Below are positions 1 through 8,846 of a DNA stretch of 64,000 nucleotides, in pieces (the first letter of the stretch is position 1; each line of letters starts with the position of its first letter). The stretch spans positions 848 to 64,847 of the forward strand of contig VGSJ01000005.1 of the NCBI GenBank assembly GCA_016875015.1, written 5' to 3'. The position numbers and the translations under genes are program-made. Source of the DNA: Deltaproteobacteria bacterium (lineage in GTDB: Bacteria; Desulfobacterota; Desulfobaccia; Desulfobaccales; 0-14-0-80-60-11). The notes below the pieces were generated by a model that ran no database searches, was not told where the DNA came from, and saw nothing but the letters and a program-made list of their open reading frames with translations.

Positions 1-409
1 CGCGTGGTGTGGCTAACCGGCCCCGCGGAAGGGGAAATGTTGCCGTACCTGGAGGCCTTGGCTAAGGCCCAGGGCCAGGTTCTCCTGGCGGCACCGCCCC
101 CTGGCCCGGGTGGCCCGAGTTTTGTCCCGCTGCCGGTTGTATATCGGGAACGACAGCGGCCTGACGCATCTGGCCGCGGCGGTGGGGAGGCCCGACGTTC
201 TGGCCCTGTTCGGCCCCACTGACCCTCGGGTGTGGGCGCCCCTGGGGCCGCGGGTGAGCATCCTGAGAGCGCCAGGTCCACAGACCCCGGGGGCGGAGGG
301 CCGCTCTATCACCGGTCCGGAGACTCGCGGCCTGAAAGCGCTGCTCCTGGAGACGGTCCTGGCGGCGGCGCAGGCGCTTTTGGGGCCAGGGAAACATGGG
401 GGAGGCTAG
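1..409 (+). pseudogene. Glycosyltransferase family 9 (LPS heptosyltransferase-like), 3' part entering from upstream of the window; reading frame broken at a C5 run
   Basis: Frame 1 (4 to ~99) reads VVWLTGPAEGEMLPYLEALAKAQGQVLLAAPP. Frame 2 (from ~98 to stop 407-409) reads LARVARVLSRCRLYIGNDSGLTHLAAAVGRPDVLALFGPTDPRVWAPLG. Together they form the conserved GT9 C-terminal block (IGNDSG..H.AAA.G.P....FGPT.P). The halves join only with a 1-nt shift inside ccccc at 97-101. A sequencing indel is equally possible. Confidence 0.5.
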
Positions 410-642
410 GCTGAGGATTTGGACCCCTGCCGCGGTTTTGGTTATCCCGCCCCCGGTCGGTTAAAATTTTTGGTCAGGCGGTTTTTACAGGCTCCCATTG
501 AGGATGCCGCCAGGGGCCCGGAAGATCACCCGGACTTTACCCAGGGCATCCGTACAATAATTTGAACCGATATGGTTGACGCCATTTCAGCCGATCTTCG
601 CAGAAGCTTACTATGCTTGACTCAGGGGCCATCTTGGGTACT

Positions 643-658
643 TGGCACTATTAATGCA
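643..658 (+). promoter_or_regulatory. Candidate sigma-54 (-24/-12) promoter
   Basis: TGGCAC (643-648), 5 nt, ATGCA (654-658). The GG and GC dinucleotides have exactly the spacing of the TGGCAC-N5-TTGCW consensus. Confidence 0.4.
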
Positions 659-668
659 GGGGTATAAA

Positions 669-749
669 GCAGGTTACCCCCGAAAATACCCTAAACCAAT
701 ATCTCCTTTCTCCAAATGGCCGGGTCCCCCTCCCGGCCATTATTTTTTT
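669..749 (+). ncRNA. Candidate ~80-nt small RNA running from the sigma-54 promoter to an intrinsic terminator
   Basis: The interval runs from the predicted start (~11-12 nt after GC 656-657) to the terminator T-run. It has no RBS-preceded ORF. It contains the CU-rich CTCCTTTCTCC (703-713), complementary to Shine-Dalgarno-like sequence. Both ends are predicted, not observed. Confidence 0.3.
716..749 (+). terminator. Rho-independent terminator oriented for the + strand
   Basis: Perfect 9-bp stem ATGGCCGGG/CCCGGCCAT (716-724/732-740) with a 7-nt loop, followed by TATTTTTTT (741-749). On the minus strand only TTT follows the hairpin. Confidence 0.6.
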
Positions 750-756
750 GTAGGGT

Positions 757-1797
757 TCAGCTCCGCCTTGCGAAATATTCTTGCAATACCTTTAGCTCCG
801 ATCCCTGGCGCGGCAGGTTCTCCCGCAGCGAGTTGAGGCGGGCTGCCGACTCCCGGCCCCGTTCGGCCAGGGAGGCGTCCGCCGCCAGGAGGCGGGCGGT
901 TTCCCAGGCGGCCTGCCAGTTGTTGCAGATGAGGAGCAGGTCGGCCCCCGCCGCCAGGGCTTCTTGAGCCCCCTGGGGCGCCGGCAGCTTGGTGGCAATG
1001 GCCCCCATCTCCAGGTCATCGGTGATGATCACCCCGTCAAACCCCAGGCGCCGCCGCAGCCATTCCTTTAGGGCCACTGGGGACAGGGTGGCCGGGCGCT
1101 CCTCCCACTCCGGCACGGCCAGGTGCGCGGTCATGACCATGGGCGCCCCCGCGGCCACCGCGCCCCGGAAAGGTAAGAGGTCCGCCTCCCGTTGTGGGTC
1201 CCCGGATTGGGCCAGGGGCAGGATCTCGTGGGAATCCACCACGGTGTCCCCCAGACCCGGAAAATGTTTGGCCACGGGGATGATGCCGCCGGACAGATAG
1301 CCCCGGATGGCGGCCACGGCGTAGTTGGCCGCGGTCTCTGGGTCCGAGCCGTAAGACCGGTCCCACTGGGGGCAGGCCGGCGACCGGGCCACGTCCAGGA
1401 CCGGCGCCAGGTTGACGTTGAGGCCCACCAGGGCCAGTTCCCGGGCCACCTGCCGGGCCAGACGCTCCACCTCATCCGGCGTGCTGGTGGCGCCCAGGTC
1501 CCGGGCCGCGGGGATGAGGGTGAAGGGCGCCTTCAAGCGCTGGACCCGGCCCCCCTCCTGGTCCACCGCCAGGAGCAGGGGCCGCCCGGTGGCCGCCAGG
1601 GCCTCCTGCTGCAGGTCCCGGGTCAACTCCCAGACTTGCTCCGGGCTCTCGATATTGCGGGCAAAGAGAATGACACCCCCCACTTTCAGGTCCCGCACCA
1701 GCTCCCGGGCCACCGCCTCCATCCGGGGGCCGGGAATTCCCACCATGAGGAGTTGGCCCCAAAAGGCGGGGTGATCAATCTTCGCCTGATTCTCCAT
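757..1797 (-). CDS. nagZ: Beta-N-acetylhexosaminidase, glycoside hydrolase family 3 (NagZ-like)
   Basis: ORF track 757..1887. GH3 motifs KHFPGLGDTVVDSHEILP and ITDDLEMGA are present. The start was moved to ATG 1797 (MENQAKIDHPAFWGQLLMVGIPG, GGAGG 12 nt upstream) because the 30 upstream codons are encoded by a dispersed repeat. Confidence 0.8.
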   Translation of the reverse strand: MENQAKIDHPAFWGQLLMVGIPGPRMEAVARELVRDLKVGGVILFARNIESPEQVWELTRDLQQEALAATGRPLLLAVDQEGGRVQRLKAPFTLIPAARDLGATSTPDEVERLARQVARELALVGLNVNLAPVLDVARSPACPQWDRSYGSDPETAANYAVAAIRGYLSGGIIPVAKHFPGLGDTVVDSHEILPLAQSGDPQREADLLPFRGAVAAGAPMVMTAHLAVPEWEERPATLSPVALKEWLRRRLGFDGVIITDDLEMGAIATKLPAPQGAQEALAAGADLLLICNNWQAAWETARLLAADASLAERGRESAARLNSLRENLPRQGSELKVLQEYFARRS

Positions 1798-1833
1798 GCA
1801 CAAGGTTAACCTCCGGTCGCGTTCTTTTGCCTT

Positions 1834-1944
1834 GAAAAGCTCTTTAATTTGGTGGCACAGACTTTCCAGCCTGTGCCAAGGAAGCAAGTTAGTCGTGCAC
1901 AGCCTGGAAAGGCTGTGCCACCAGCCAACACCAGACTTTTCATG
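1834..1944. repeat. Dispersed ~95-110 bp double-hairpin repeat, copy A (family R3)
   Basis: Contains GTGGCACAGACTTTCCAGCCTGTGCCA and GTGCACAGCCTGGAAAGGCTGTGCCAC hairpins. Its reverse complement matches 21415-21505 at roughly 85-90% by eye. A partial copy lies at 21612-21637. Confidence 0.7.
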
Positions 1945-2020
1945 AGTTACGGGTGAGCCAAAGGCCCAGGCATGACTGCCGGAGAGTGACGTCCATCCGG
2001 CCTCAATCCCTTGGGGGCGA

Positions 2021-2734
2021 TCACCCGCTCATGGTCAGGATCTCCGCTAAATGATAAAACGACAAATTCCGGGCCGGGGCGAAGCCTAAGCCCTGCAAGT
2101 GGAGGAGGCAGCTGTAATCCAGGGACACCAGGCCCACGGCCCCGGCGGCGGTTACCGCGGCCAGGTAGGCCTCGCCGATATCCCGGGAGAGCCCGGGGTG
2201 CTGCAGGCTGAAGGTCCCCCCAAAGCCGCAGCAGGTATAATAGGGGGAAATCGTGAGCAACTTGAGGCCCTGCACCCGGGACAAGACCTCCCGGGCACAG
2301 GCAAGGCCCCCCAGCTGCCGGGCCTTGCACGACTGGTGGAGGACCAGGGACCCCTCGAATCTGGGGGTCCAGGGGAGCGGCCCCCAGCCGGCCAGCCACT
2401 CCCCCAACTCCATGACCCGGGAGGCAAGGGCTTCGACGGCGCGCCGCTCCTTAAGGCCTTCGGCCAGTTGGGGGTAGCACTGCCGCACCAGGTAAGTGCA
2501 GGAGGCGCTGGGGCAGAGGATGGTCTCGGCTCCGTCAAAGACCCGGAGAAAATGGCGCATGAGACGCCGGGCCGTGGCCGGGTCTCCCGCCGTCCAGGCG
2601 AACTGGCCGCAGCAGGTCTGATCTTCCGGGTAGACCCAGGGAACGTTCAGGCGCGTCAGCAGCCCGGCCGCCGCACTGGCCACCTGGGGGGCGCACTGGT
2701 CGAGGAAGCAGGGGATGAAGAGCTTGAGACCCAC
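2021..2734 (-). CDS. LutA/YkgE/GlcF-like (Fe-S) oxidoreductase with two cysteine-rich CCG domains
   Basis: The N-terminus MGLKLFIPCFLDQCAPQV...YPEDQTCCGQ and the second repeat LHQSCKAR...YYTCCGFGG match the CCG-domain pattern. No lutB/lutC-like partner is adjacent. Confidence 0.7.
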   Translation of the reverse strand: MGLKLFIPCFLDQCAPQVASAAAGLLTRLNVPWVYPEDQTCCGQFAWTAGDPATARRLMRHFLRVFDGAETILCPSASCTYLVRQCYPQLAEGLKERRAVEALASRVMELGEWLAGWGPLPWTPRFEGSLVLHQSCKARQLGGLACAREVLSRVQGLKLLTISPYYTCCGFGGTFSLQHPGLSRDIGEAYLAAVTAAGAVGLVSLDYSCLLHLQGLGFAPARNLSFYHLAEILTMSG

Positions 2735-2994
2735 GCCATCTCCTCCTGCCGCTTTTTTATCACAAATACCGGGGGTGGGGGAAGGGGCAGGCGCTCGGAC
2801 CCCGGATCATAAGTTGACGGGGACATGAGACGCGGCTTTTTAGCCAGGGGGGAACCGGTTCGGTTTCAGGCAGTACCGGCCGCTCTCGGGTGGCGCCCAT
2901 AAGCAGAGGGCGGTCAAAGAATCCTGAAATCCGCGCCCGTTCAGAGGCAGTTCCTTCCCAGCCGGCGCGGGCAAAAGGAGGGTGATCGTTTCGC

Positions 2995-3022
2995 TTGACA
3001 CGCATGGGGTGGTTTTTATAGA
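2995..3022 (+). promoter_or_regulatory. Candidate sigma-70 promoter for the response-regulator gene
   Basis: TTGACA (2995-3000), 16 nt, TATAGA (3017-3022), about 60 nt upstream of ATG 3081. Confidence 0.35.
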
Positions 3023-3080
3023 ATAAAATCAAAAATTTATGAAATAATAACTAGTTGACTCGTAAAAGGAAATCCCCCCC

Positions 3081-4430
3081 ATGCCCGAGGCCCCGGCGCA
3101 CATTCTGGTGATCGATGATGACAAAGCCATGCGGGACGCCTGTTTTCAGATCCTCTCCCGGCAGGGGTACCGGGTGGAACTGGCTGCCGGCGCCAAACAG
3201 GGCCTCACTCTGCTGGAGCGCCTGTCGTTTAACGCCATTCTCCTGGACCTGGTCATGCCCGACATGGACGGTTTGGAGACCCTGAAAAAAATCCGGGTCC
3301 TGGACCCGGACGTCGAAGTCATCATTATCACCGGCTACGGCACCATCCAGTCCGCGGTGGAATCCATCAAAGCCGGGGCTTTCCATTTCCTCTCCAAGCC
3401 TTTTGTCCCGGACGACCTGAGGAACCTGGTGAACCGGGCCCTGGGAAAGCGGCGGCTGGATCTGGAGAACCTGTATCTGCGCCAGGAACTGAAGACCAAA
3501 GACGAGCGCAATCAACTGATCTATGAGAGCGAATCCATGATCCGGATCATGGACATGGTTGCCCGGGTGGCCCCCACGGACTCGACCGTGCTCATTACCG
3601 GCGAATCCGGCACCGGCAAGGGCCTGGTGGCCCGCAAGCTTCACCAGTTGAGTCAGCGGTCCCGGCGGCCTTTCATTACCGTGGATTGCGGCACCCTGGT
3701 GGAGACCCTGTTCGAGAGCGAGCTCTTCGGGCACGTTAAGGGATCGTTCACCGGGGCCGACGCCAACAAAATCGGCAAATTCGAACTGGCCCAGAACGGC
3801 ACCCTGTTTTTTGACGAAATCAGCAATATCGGCCTGGAGGTCCAGGCCAAGTTGCTCCGGGCGGTGGAAGAGCGCAAGATCTCCAAGGTGGGCAGCCACC
3901 GGGTGATCACGGTGGACGTGCGCATCATCGCCGCCACCAACGAAGATCTTACCAAAGCCATCAAGGACGGCGCGTTCCGGGAAGACCTGTTTTACCGCCT
4001 CAATGTCGTCCTGATCCGCATGCCGACGTTAAGAGAGCGGAAAAGCGACATTCCCCTGCTGGTCCAGCACTTTTTGGAGAAGTACAATGCCCGGCTGCGA
4101 AAAGATATCCGCGGCATCTCTCCGGACGCCCTGGAGCTGATGGTGCGCCATGACTGGCCCGGCAACGTGCGGGAGTTGGAAAATACTATGGAGCGCCTGG
4201 TGGTCTTGAGTCCAGGCCCGTATCTGGAGCCCGCGGACCTGATTTTTACCGGCACCATCCTGACCACGGCCACCGAATCCGTGGTTGGCACTTCTCTCAA
4301 GGACCTGGAGCGGGATCACATCATCCAGACCTTGCAGCGCTACGACGGCCACAAGAACGAAACCGCCCGGGCCTTAGGGATCGACCGCAAAACCCTCCGG
4401 GAAAAGCTGAAGCGGTACGATCTGGAATGA
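3081..4430 (+). CDS. Sigma-54-dependent response regulator (NtrC/Fis family)
   Basis: Three domains are recognisable: a receiver domain (ILVIDDD...[11 protein letters not shown]), an AAA+ sigma-54 interaction domain ([28 protein letters not shown]) and a C-terminal Fis-type HTH ([20 protein letters not shown]). No cognate kinase is adjacent. Confidence 0.9.
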   Translation: MPEAPAHILVIDDDKAMRDACFQILSRQGYRVELAAGAKQGLTLLERLSFNAILLDLVMPDMDGLETLKKIRVLDPDVEVIIITGYGTIQSAVESIKAGAFHFLSKPFVPDDLRNLVNRALGKRRLDLENLYLRQELKTKDERNQLIYESESMIRIMDMVARVAPTDSTVLITGESGTGKGLVARKLHQLSQRSRRPFITVDCGTLVETLFESELFGHVKGSFTGADANKIGKFELAQNGTLFFDEISNIGLEVQAKLLRAVEERKISKVGSHRVITVDVRIIAATNEDLTKAIKDGAFREDLFYRLNVVLIRMPTLRERKSDIPLLVQHFLEKYNARLRKDIRGISPDALELMVRHDWPGNVRELENTMERLVVLSPGPYLEPADLIFTGTILTTATESVVGTSLKDLERDHIIQTLQRYDGHKNETARALGIDRKTLREKLKRYDLE

Positions 4431-4457
4431 AATGGATTTGAACCCCTAGCTGAAGCC

Positions 4458-4530
4458 CTCGTTCCCAAGTACAACTTGGGAACGAGGGGATGCGCCATGC
4501 GTGCGCGCCTAAGTGCAACTTGGGCACGAG
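4458..4530. repeat. Two adjacent REP-like hairpins (family R1, GTTCCCAAGT-nnn-ACTTGGGAAC)
   Basis: CTCGTTCCCAAGTACAACTTGGGAACGAG (4458-4486) is followed by a degenerate copy CCTAAGTGCAACTTGGGCACGAG (4508-4530). The same hairpin recurs at 14296-14324, 14370-14398 and 22243-22271. Confidence 0.7.
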
Positions 4531-4550
4531 AGTAAACTGATCTGAATTAC

Positions 4551-6794
4551 TTGCGGCTCACGCGACTCCAAGGCGTCGTCCTGATCTTCGGGGCCGGGGC
4601 TATGATCTCCCAGGTGCTGATCCTCCGGGAGCTGATGGTTCTGGCCCAGGGGCAGGAGCTGAAGCTGGCCCTGGGGTTGTGGGGCTGGCTCCTGTGGGCC
4701 GGGTTGGGCAGCCTGGCGGGAGGCCGCCGGCATCCGCCCGGGGCCCCCGGGGTGGCCCCGGGCCGGCTGGGCGGGTTGTTGGCCCTGCTGGGGCTGCTTT
4801 TGCCCGCCACCATCCTGGCGGCCCGCGCCCTTCCCAGTCTGGCGCACCTGCCCCTGGGCCAATCCCTGCCGCTCACCACCACCTTTCTGCTCTTTTTGCT
4901 CCTGCTGGCCCCTACCGGATTGGTTTCCGGCTACTTTTTCCCCGGCGCGGTCCAGGTCCTGTCCGATGCGGCTCCCCAAGGGGCCGTGGGGCGGGCCTAC
5001 TATCTGGAGACCCTGGGCGCGGCCCTGGGGGTCGTGCTGCTGCAGCTCTTCTTAGTGGGCCGCTATGCCAACCTGAGCCTGGGGCTGGCCGTCGGCTTCG
5101 GTCTGGCCCTGGCGCCCTGGCTCCTGGCCCGCCCCCGGTCCCGGACGGCTCGGGTCTTCTTGACCCTTAATCTCCTGGCGCTGACCGCGGCGGTGGTCTT
5201 GGCACCCCGGTTGGAGTTGGCCAGCCGCAGCTGGGAGTGGCCCGGGCGGCAGGTTCTCGCCACCGTGGACAGTCCTTATGCCCTGTTGTCGGCGCACCGG
5301 GAGGCAGAGCAAATCAGCTTTTTTGCCAATAACCTCTGGCAGTTCACCTATCCTGATCCCCTGACCGCCGAGCACCAGGTCCAGTTGGGCCTGCTGGAAC
5401 ACCCCGAGCCCCGGCGGGTGCTGCTGTTGGGAGGCGGCGTGGCCGGCCTGGGGGCGGAGATTCTCAAGACCCGCACCGTCAGTGAGCTCACTTACGTGGA
5501 ACTGGACCCCTATCTGGTGAGACTGGCCCAGGGTCTCATCCCAGCCGTGGCTGATCTTTCCCGGGACCCCCGGGTCCACCTCATCTACCAGGATGCCCGC
5601 CGGTTTCTCGAGACCACCGGCGACCGCTACGACGTCATTCTCATGGCCCTGCCGGAACCCAAGAACGCCCAGTTGAACCGCTTCTATACCCGGGAATTTT
5701 ACCAATTCGTGTCCCTGAAGCTCACGCCCGGGGGGGTGTTCAGCTTTGCCCTCACCGGAGCGGAGACCAGTCTCTCGCCCCTTAGGGCCGCGTATCTGGC
5801 CATGGCTTATAACACCCTGGGCCAGATTTTTCCGGAGGTGGTGGCTTTTCCGGGGGGCCAGGTGCGGTTCTTCGCCTCCACCGGTCGCGGCGTTTTGGTC
5901 TCCGACCCGGAGGTCCTGGTGCAAAGGCTGAAGATTCGTCAGCTCCCGTTGCAGTATGTTCGGGAATATTATCTCCTCCAGGACCTTTCCCCCTGGCGCC
6001 GGCAGTACCTCAACCAGGTCCTGGGCCAACTGGAGCCTTCCGTCAACACCGACCTGAACCCCAGGTGCTACTTCTTTGACCTGGCGCTGAGCACCGTCCA
6101 GGAAGGGCTGGGTGTAAAGGACGCGCTCCTGGCGGCGCAGAAACTGCCGCCGGCGGTCCCCTGGGCGGCCCTGGCTCTGGCCACCGTGCTGGCCGGGGCC
6201 GCGCTCCGCCACCGCCCCGGCCCCCGCTTTCTGTACCAGGTGGTGGTGATGGGCCTGGGCGCCATGGCCCTGGAAATCCTGGTGCTCGTCCTGTACCAGA
6301 TCAGACTGGGTTCCCTCTACCAGCAGTTGGGGATGCTCATCGCGGCCTTCATGGCCGGGATGGCGGCCGGCAGCGCGGCGGTCTCGCGTTGGACCAATCG
6401 GCTTCGGGGCGGGCCGCGCCTCCTGGCGGGGCTGCAGGGGGGCCTGGCAGTCCTGGCCGCGGCCCTGGCCCTTTGGTTGCAAGGGGGTGTGTCAGTTTCG
6501 GCGTCCGGGTCGGAGTTCTGGACCCGGGCGGGATACGTCCTGCTCTTGGTGGCCGCGGGCTTCGGCGGCGGGGGGATCTTTGCCCTCTGCGCCGCCCTCT
6601 GGCATGAACTCCAGCCGGAGGCCCGGGGCCAGGGCGCCAGGCTCTACGCCGCGGACCTTTTAGGCGCTACCCTGGGAACCCTGGGGGTCAGCCTGCTGGT
6701 GCTGCCGGTGTGGGGCATCGTCGCGGCCCTCTGGTTGGTGGCGTTTCTCCATGCCGGGGCCGGGGTGATAGCCCTCCTGGCCCCAAGGTCTTAG
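4551..6794 (+). CDS. Polytopic membrane protein with a central spermidine-synthase-like (aminopropyltransferase fold) domain
   Basis: TTG start. Many hydrophobic helices occur at both ends. The central block LLLGGGVAGLGAEILK..ELDP..YQDARRFL..YDVILMALPEP..FYTREFY..LTPGGVF matches the spermidine synthase family. Confidence 0.75.
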   Translation: MRLTRLQGVVLIFGAGAMISQVLILRELMVLAQGQELKLALGLWGWLLWAGLGSLAGGRRHPPGAPGVAPGRLGGLLALLGLLLPATILAARALPSLAHLPLGQSLPLTTTFLLFLLLLAPTGLVSGYFFPGAVQVLSDAAPQGAVGRAYYLETLGAALGVVLLQLFLVGRYANLSLGLAVGFGLALAPWLLARPRSRTARVFLTLNLLALTAAVVLAPRLELASRSWEWPGRQVLATVDSPYALLSAHREAEQISFFANNLWQFTYPDPLTAEHQVQLGLLEHPEPRRVLLLGGGVAGLGAEILKTRTVSELTYVELDPYLVRLAQGLIPAVADLSRDPRVHLIYQDARRFLETTGDRYDVILMALPEPKNAQLNRFYTREFYQFVSLKLTPGGVFSFALTGAETSLSPLRAAYLAMAYNTLGQIFPEVVAFPGGQVRFFASTGRGVLVSDPEVLVQRLKIRQLPLQYVREYYLLQDLSPWRRQYLNQVLGQLEPSVNTDLNPRCYFFDLALSTVQEGLGVKDALLAAQKLPPAVPWAALALATVLAGAALRHRPGPRFLYQVVVMGLGAMALEILVLVLYQIRLGSLYQQLGMLIAAFMAGMAAGSAAVSRWTNRLRGGPRLLAGLQGGLAVLAAALALWLQGGVSVSASGSEFWTRAGYVLLLVAAGFGGGGIFALCAALWHELQPEARGQGARLYAADLLGATLGTLGVSLLVLPVWGIVAALWLVAFLHAGAGVIALLAPRS

Positions 6795-7108
6795 AAGACC
6801 AAGGGCCGCTTGCGAAAAAAGTAACCGGTGATTTTGCCGGCATGCCCCCCCGTTCCTGCCCCGGCTTGCAAAGAGGGGCGCCATACCGTAAAATATTTTA
6901 CAGTAGATTATCTTTATAGGTACTTTTACCGATTGTGCTTACCGGAAAGAATGATATAATCTGAGCAACGTTAAACGGATCAGGTTTTGTCCGCGCAACT
7001 CGTCTGGCTTTTCCCCGGAGAAGAATCCCACCAAGGCCCGGGACGTTAACTTTTCATGCACTGACGGCCATCTGGAGGCTCCCCAGCCGGTTTTCGGAGG
7101 AGGGCAAG

Positions 7109-7264
7109 ATGGGCATGATCGCCTTTTACGCCGGATTATTCATTGGCATTCTGTTTGGTTTCTTATTGTCATCACTGTTGGCCTTTTCCCTGGGGAAGCG
7201 TAAGAACGGGGCGCTGCCCGACCAGGCCGAGGGATATTCCCCAGTAGATCTCCTAAAGCCTTGA
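7109..7264 (+). CDS. Small (51 aa) single-pass membrane protein, hypothetical
   Basis: ATG 7109 is preceded by GGAGGAGGG. It encodes MGMIAFYAGLFIGILFGFLLSSLLAFSLGKRKNG..., stop TGA 7262-7264. It falls below the ORF-track size cutoff. Confidence 0.3.
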   Translation: MGMIAFYAGLFIGILFGFLLSSLLAFSLGKRKNGALPDQAEGYSPVDLLKP

Positions 7265-7370
7265 CCCGGGGTTTCCGCCTCCCCAGGTCTTAACGCCGTT
7301 CAGGTTGGGGCCCGGGGATGGCGAAGGAATCACGCCGGAATTTCCCTAAGCCGAGCCTTCCGGGGGGCCT

Positions 7371-7628
7371 TCAGGAGACCGTCTGGGGCAAATAGGCTTG
7401 CCCCGCCTGCCTCCCGGCCAGATAGACGGCGGCAAAGATCTCATCCGGCCCGGTCTGTTGGGAATCAAAAAGGACGGTAAAAAGGTCCTCCTGGGCGTCA
7501 TAGGCTACTTCCAGGATACCCCGGAGAGCGGCGATGGCGGCGCGCACGGCGTCAGGGCAACCGCTTCACACAAACCCGCCGCGCTGCACCATGCCCGTCA
7601 CCCGGAAATTGATGCGGTTGCTGTTCAT
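7371..7628 (-). CDS. Small HMA-like (ferredoxin-fold metal-binding type) protein with an in-frame TGA; candidate selenoprotein with a U-S-G-C motif
   Basis: ATG 7628-7626 lies 7 nt after GGAGGA. It reads MNSNRINFRVTGMVQRGGFV, then TGA (7568-7566), then continues in frame as SGCPDAVRAAIAALRGILEVAYDAQEDLFTVLFDSQQTGPDEIFAAVYLAGRQAGQAYLPQTVS to TGA 7373-7371. The TGA sits where the first Cys of a GM.C.GC metal-binding motif would be. Confidence 0.45.
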
Positions 7629-8090
7629 GGGGAATCCTCCGTCTAGCCTGTCCACCCGACGTTCCGCCTTCACCCCGCCCGGCTGGCTTTTTTTAATGGG
7701 GAAATTTTTTTCATGTTACCAAATTTCATCTCAGTGCACATCACTGCCTCGCCGCTCCCCGTGATGGCCCCGCCGCCGACTCGTCTGAGGACCGGACTAT
7801 CCTTGCCAAATGGAAAAATAATGAATAACCTTTAAACCGACAACCGGGGCGGGGCCTCAGGGTGCCCCGGCGAGCAACCAGCAAGGCTTTCCCGGAAAAC
7901 ATGTTCCGGGTAGACTATGGCCCTGGGAAGGGTAGCCGATTGGTTCGGTGGCGCCCCTGAATCCAGCCTGCATTTTTTTCTTTACCTCAGGCGGGATTTT
8001 CTTTATTATTTTAGCTAAATTAGCTTATAGGCGATTGAGCTGCCAGCCCCGGTAAGGGCTCCGGCGCGCGCCACCAAGGAGTAGAGCGGG

Positions 8091-8366
8091 ATGAACAAGT
8101 CGCAACTCATCGAAGCTCTGGCCAAAGCTGAGAATATCACCTTGAAGAAGGCGGAAATGGTGGTCAACGCCGTTTTTGAGAACATGGCGGATGCCCTGGT
8201 GCAAAAGGAACGCATCGAAATTCGCGGCTTCGGCAGTTTCAAGGTGAAATTTTACAATGGCTATAAAGGCCGCAACCCCAAGACCGGCGATCTCATCAAA
8301 GTTGACGGCAAGAAATTGCCCTTTTTCAAGGTCGGCAAGGAACTGCGGGAACGCGTCGATCGCTGA
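8091..8366 (+). CDS. ihfB: Integration host factor beta subunit / HU-family DNA-bending protein
   Basis: 91 aa. RIEIRGFGSFKV...GRNPKTGDLIKVDGKKLPFFKVGKELRERV is the IHF-beta/HU signature. Confidence 0.85.
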   Translation: MNKSQLIEALAKAENITLKKAEMVVNAVFENMADALVQKERIEIRGFGSFKVKFYNGYKGRNPKTGDLIKVDGKKLPFFKVGKELRERVDR

Positions 8367-8489
8367 GCCGTTTTTACAACCTGGTCGTGCTAGATGGGGA
8401 GCTAGCGGTGCCCTGTAACCCGAAAACCGCTTATGCGGGATTGAAGTCCCTTTTTGAGGATTGCAGCGCGGTCGTTGACTGCTGACCAG

Positions 8490-8598
8490 GGCGGCGGATT
8501 GGACCCTGCGCAACAGACGCTTGTGAACCCCGTCAGGTCCGGAAGGAAGCAGCGGTAAACAAGGCGGTCTGTGTCGCGGCGGTTTCTAATCCATCAAC
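8490..8598 (+). ncRNA. ffs: Signal recognition particle RNA (small, 4.5S type)
   Basis: Conserved domain IV sequence GTCAGGTCCGGAAGGAAGCAGC (8532-8553) with a GGAA tetraloop. Flanks pair (CTTGT 8520-8524 with ACAAG 8559-8563; GGATT 8496-8500 with AATCC 8588-8592). Ends are approximate. Confidence 0.8.
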
Positions 8599-8846
8599 CC
8601 TCTGGACACTGTCCTCGGTTGCGGCGGATTCAAAGGAGGGTGCACGGCCAGGCTGTTTTTCCGCGGTATTCCCGGGCATTCTTTTCAAAAACCCCTCAAT
8701 TTTCTGATTTCTCTCAGCCGGCCCGGCGTCGCCCTCCCCAAGGGGCCGATAGCTTGGCTTGCGGCTGGAAAACCATACCCTGGCAGGCATAAGGGAGTTG
8801 CACCTTCTGGGAGATGACTCTACCTCGCCTGCCTTCCGGAGGCAAG

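Noticed and set aside
757-1887. Long form of nagZ (376 aa) and long forms of 9626..10327, 12850..14439 and 25356..26546
   Set aside because: The N-terminal extensions are encoded by repeats or overlap other genes. They are P/R/G-rich and lack an RBS. Internal starts give proteins of canonical length.
4521-4550. TGGGCACGAGAG... as a second sigma-54 promoter upstream of the membrane protein gene
   Set aside because: It has a GGCAC element but no GC at the -12 position, and the sequence belongs to the degenerate REP hairpin.
5052-6482. 476-aa minus-strand ORF
   Set aside because: It lies entirely inside and antisense to the spermidine-synthase-like membrane protein gene, and its sequence is low-complexity.
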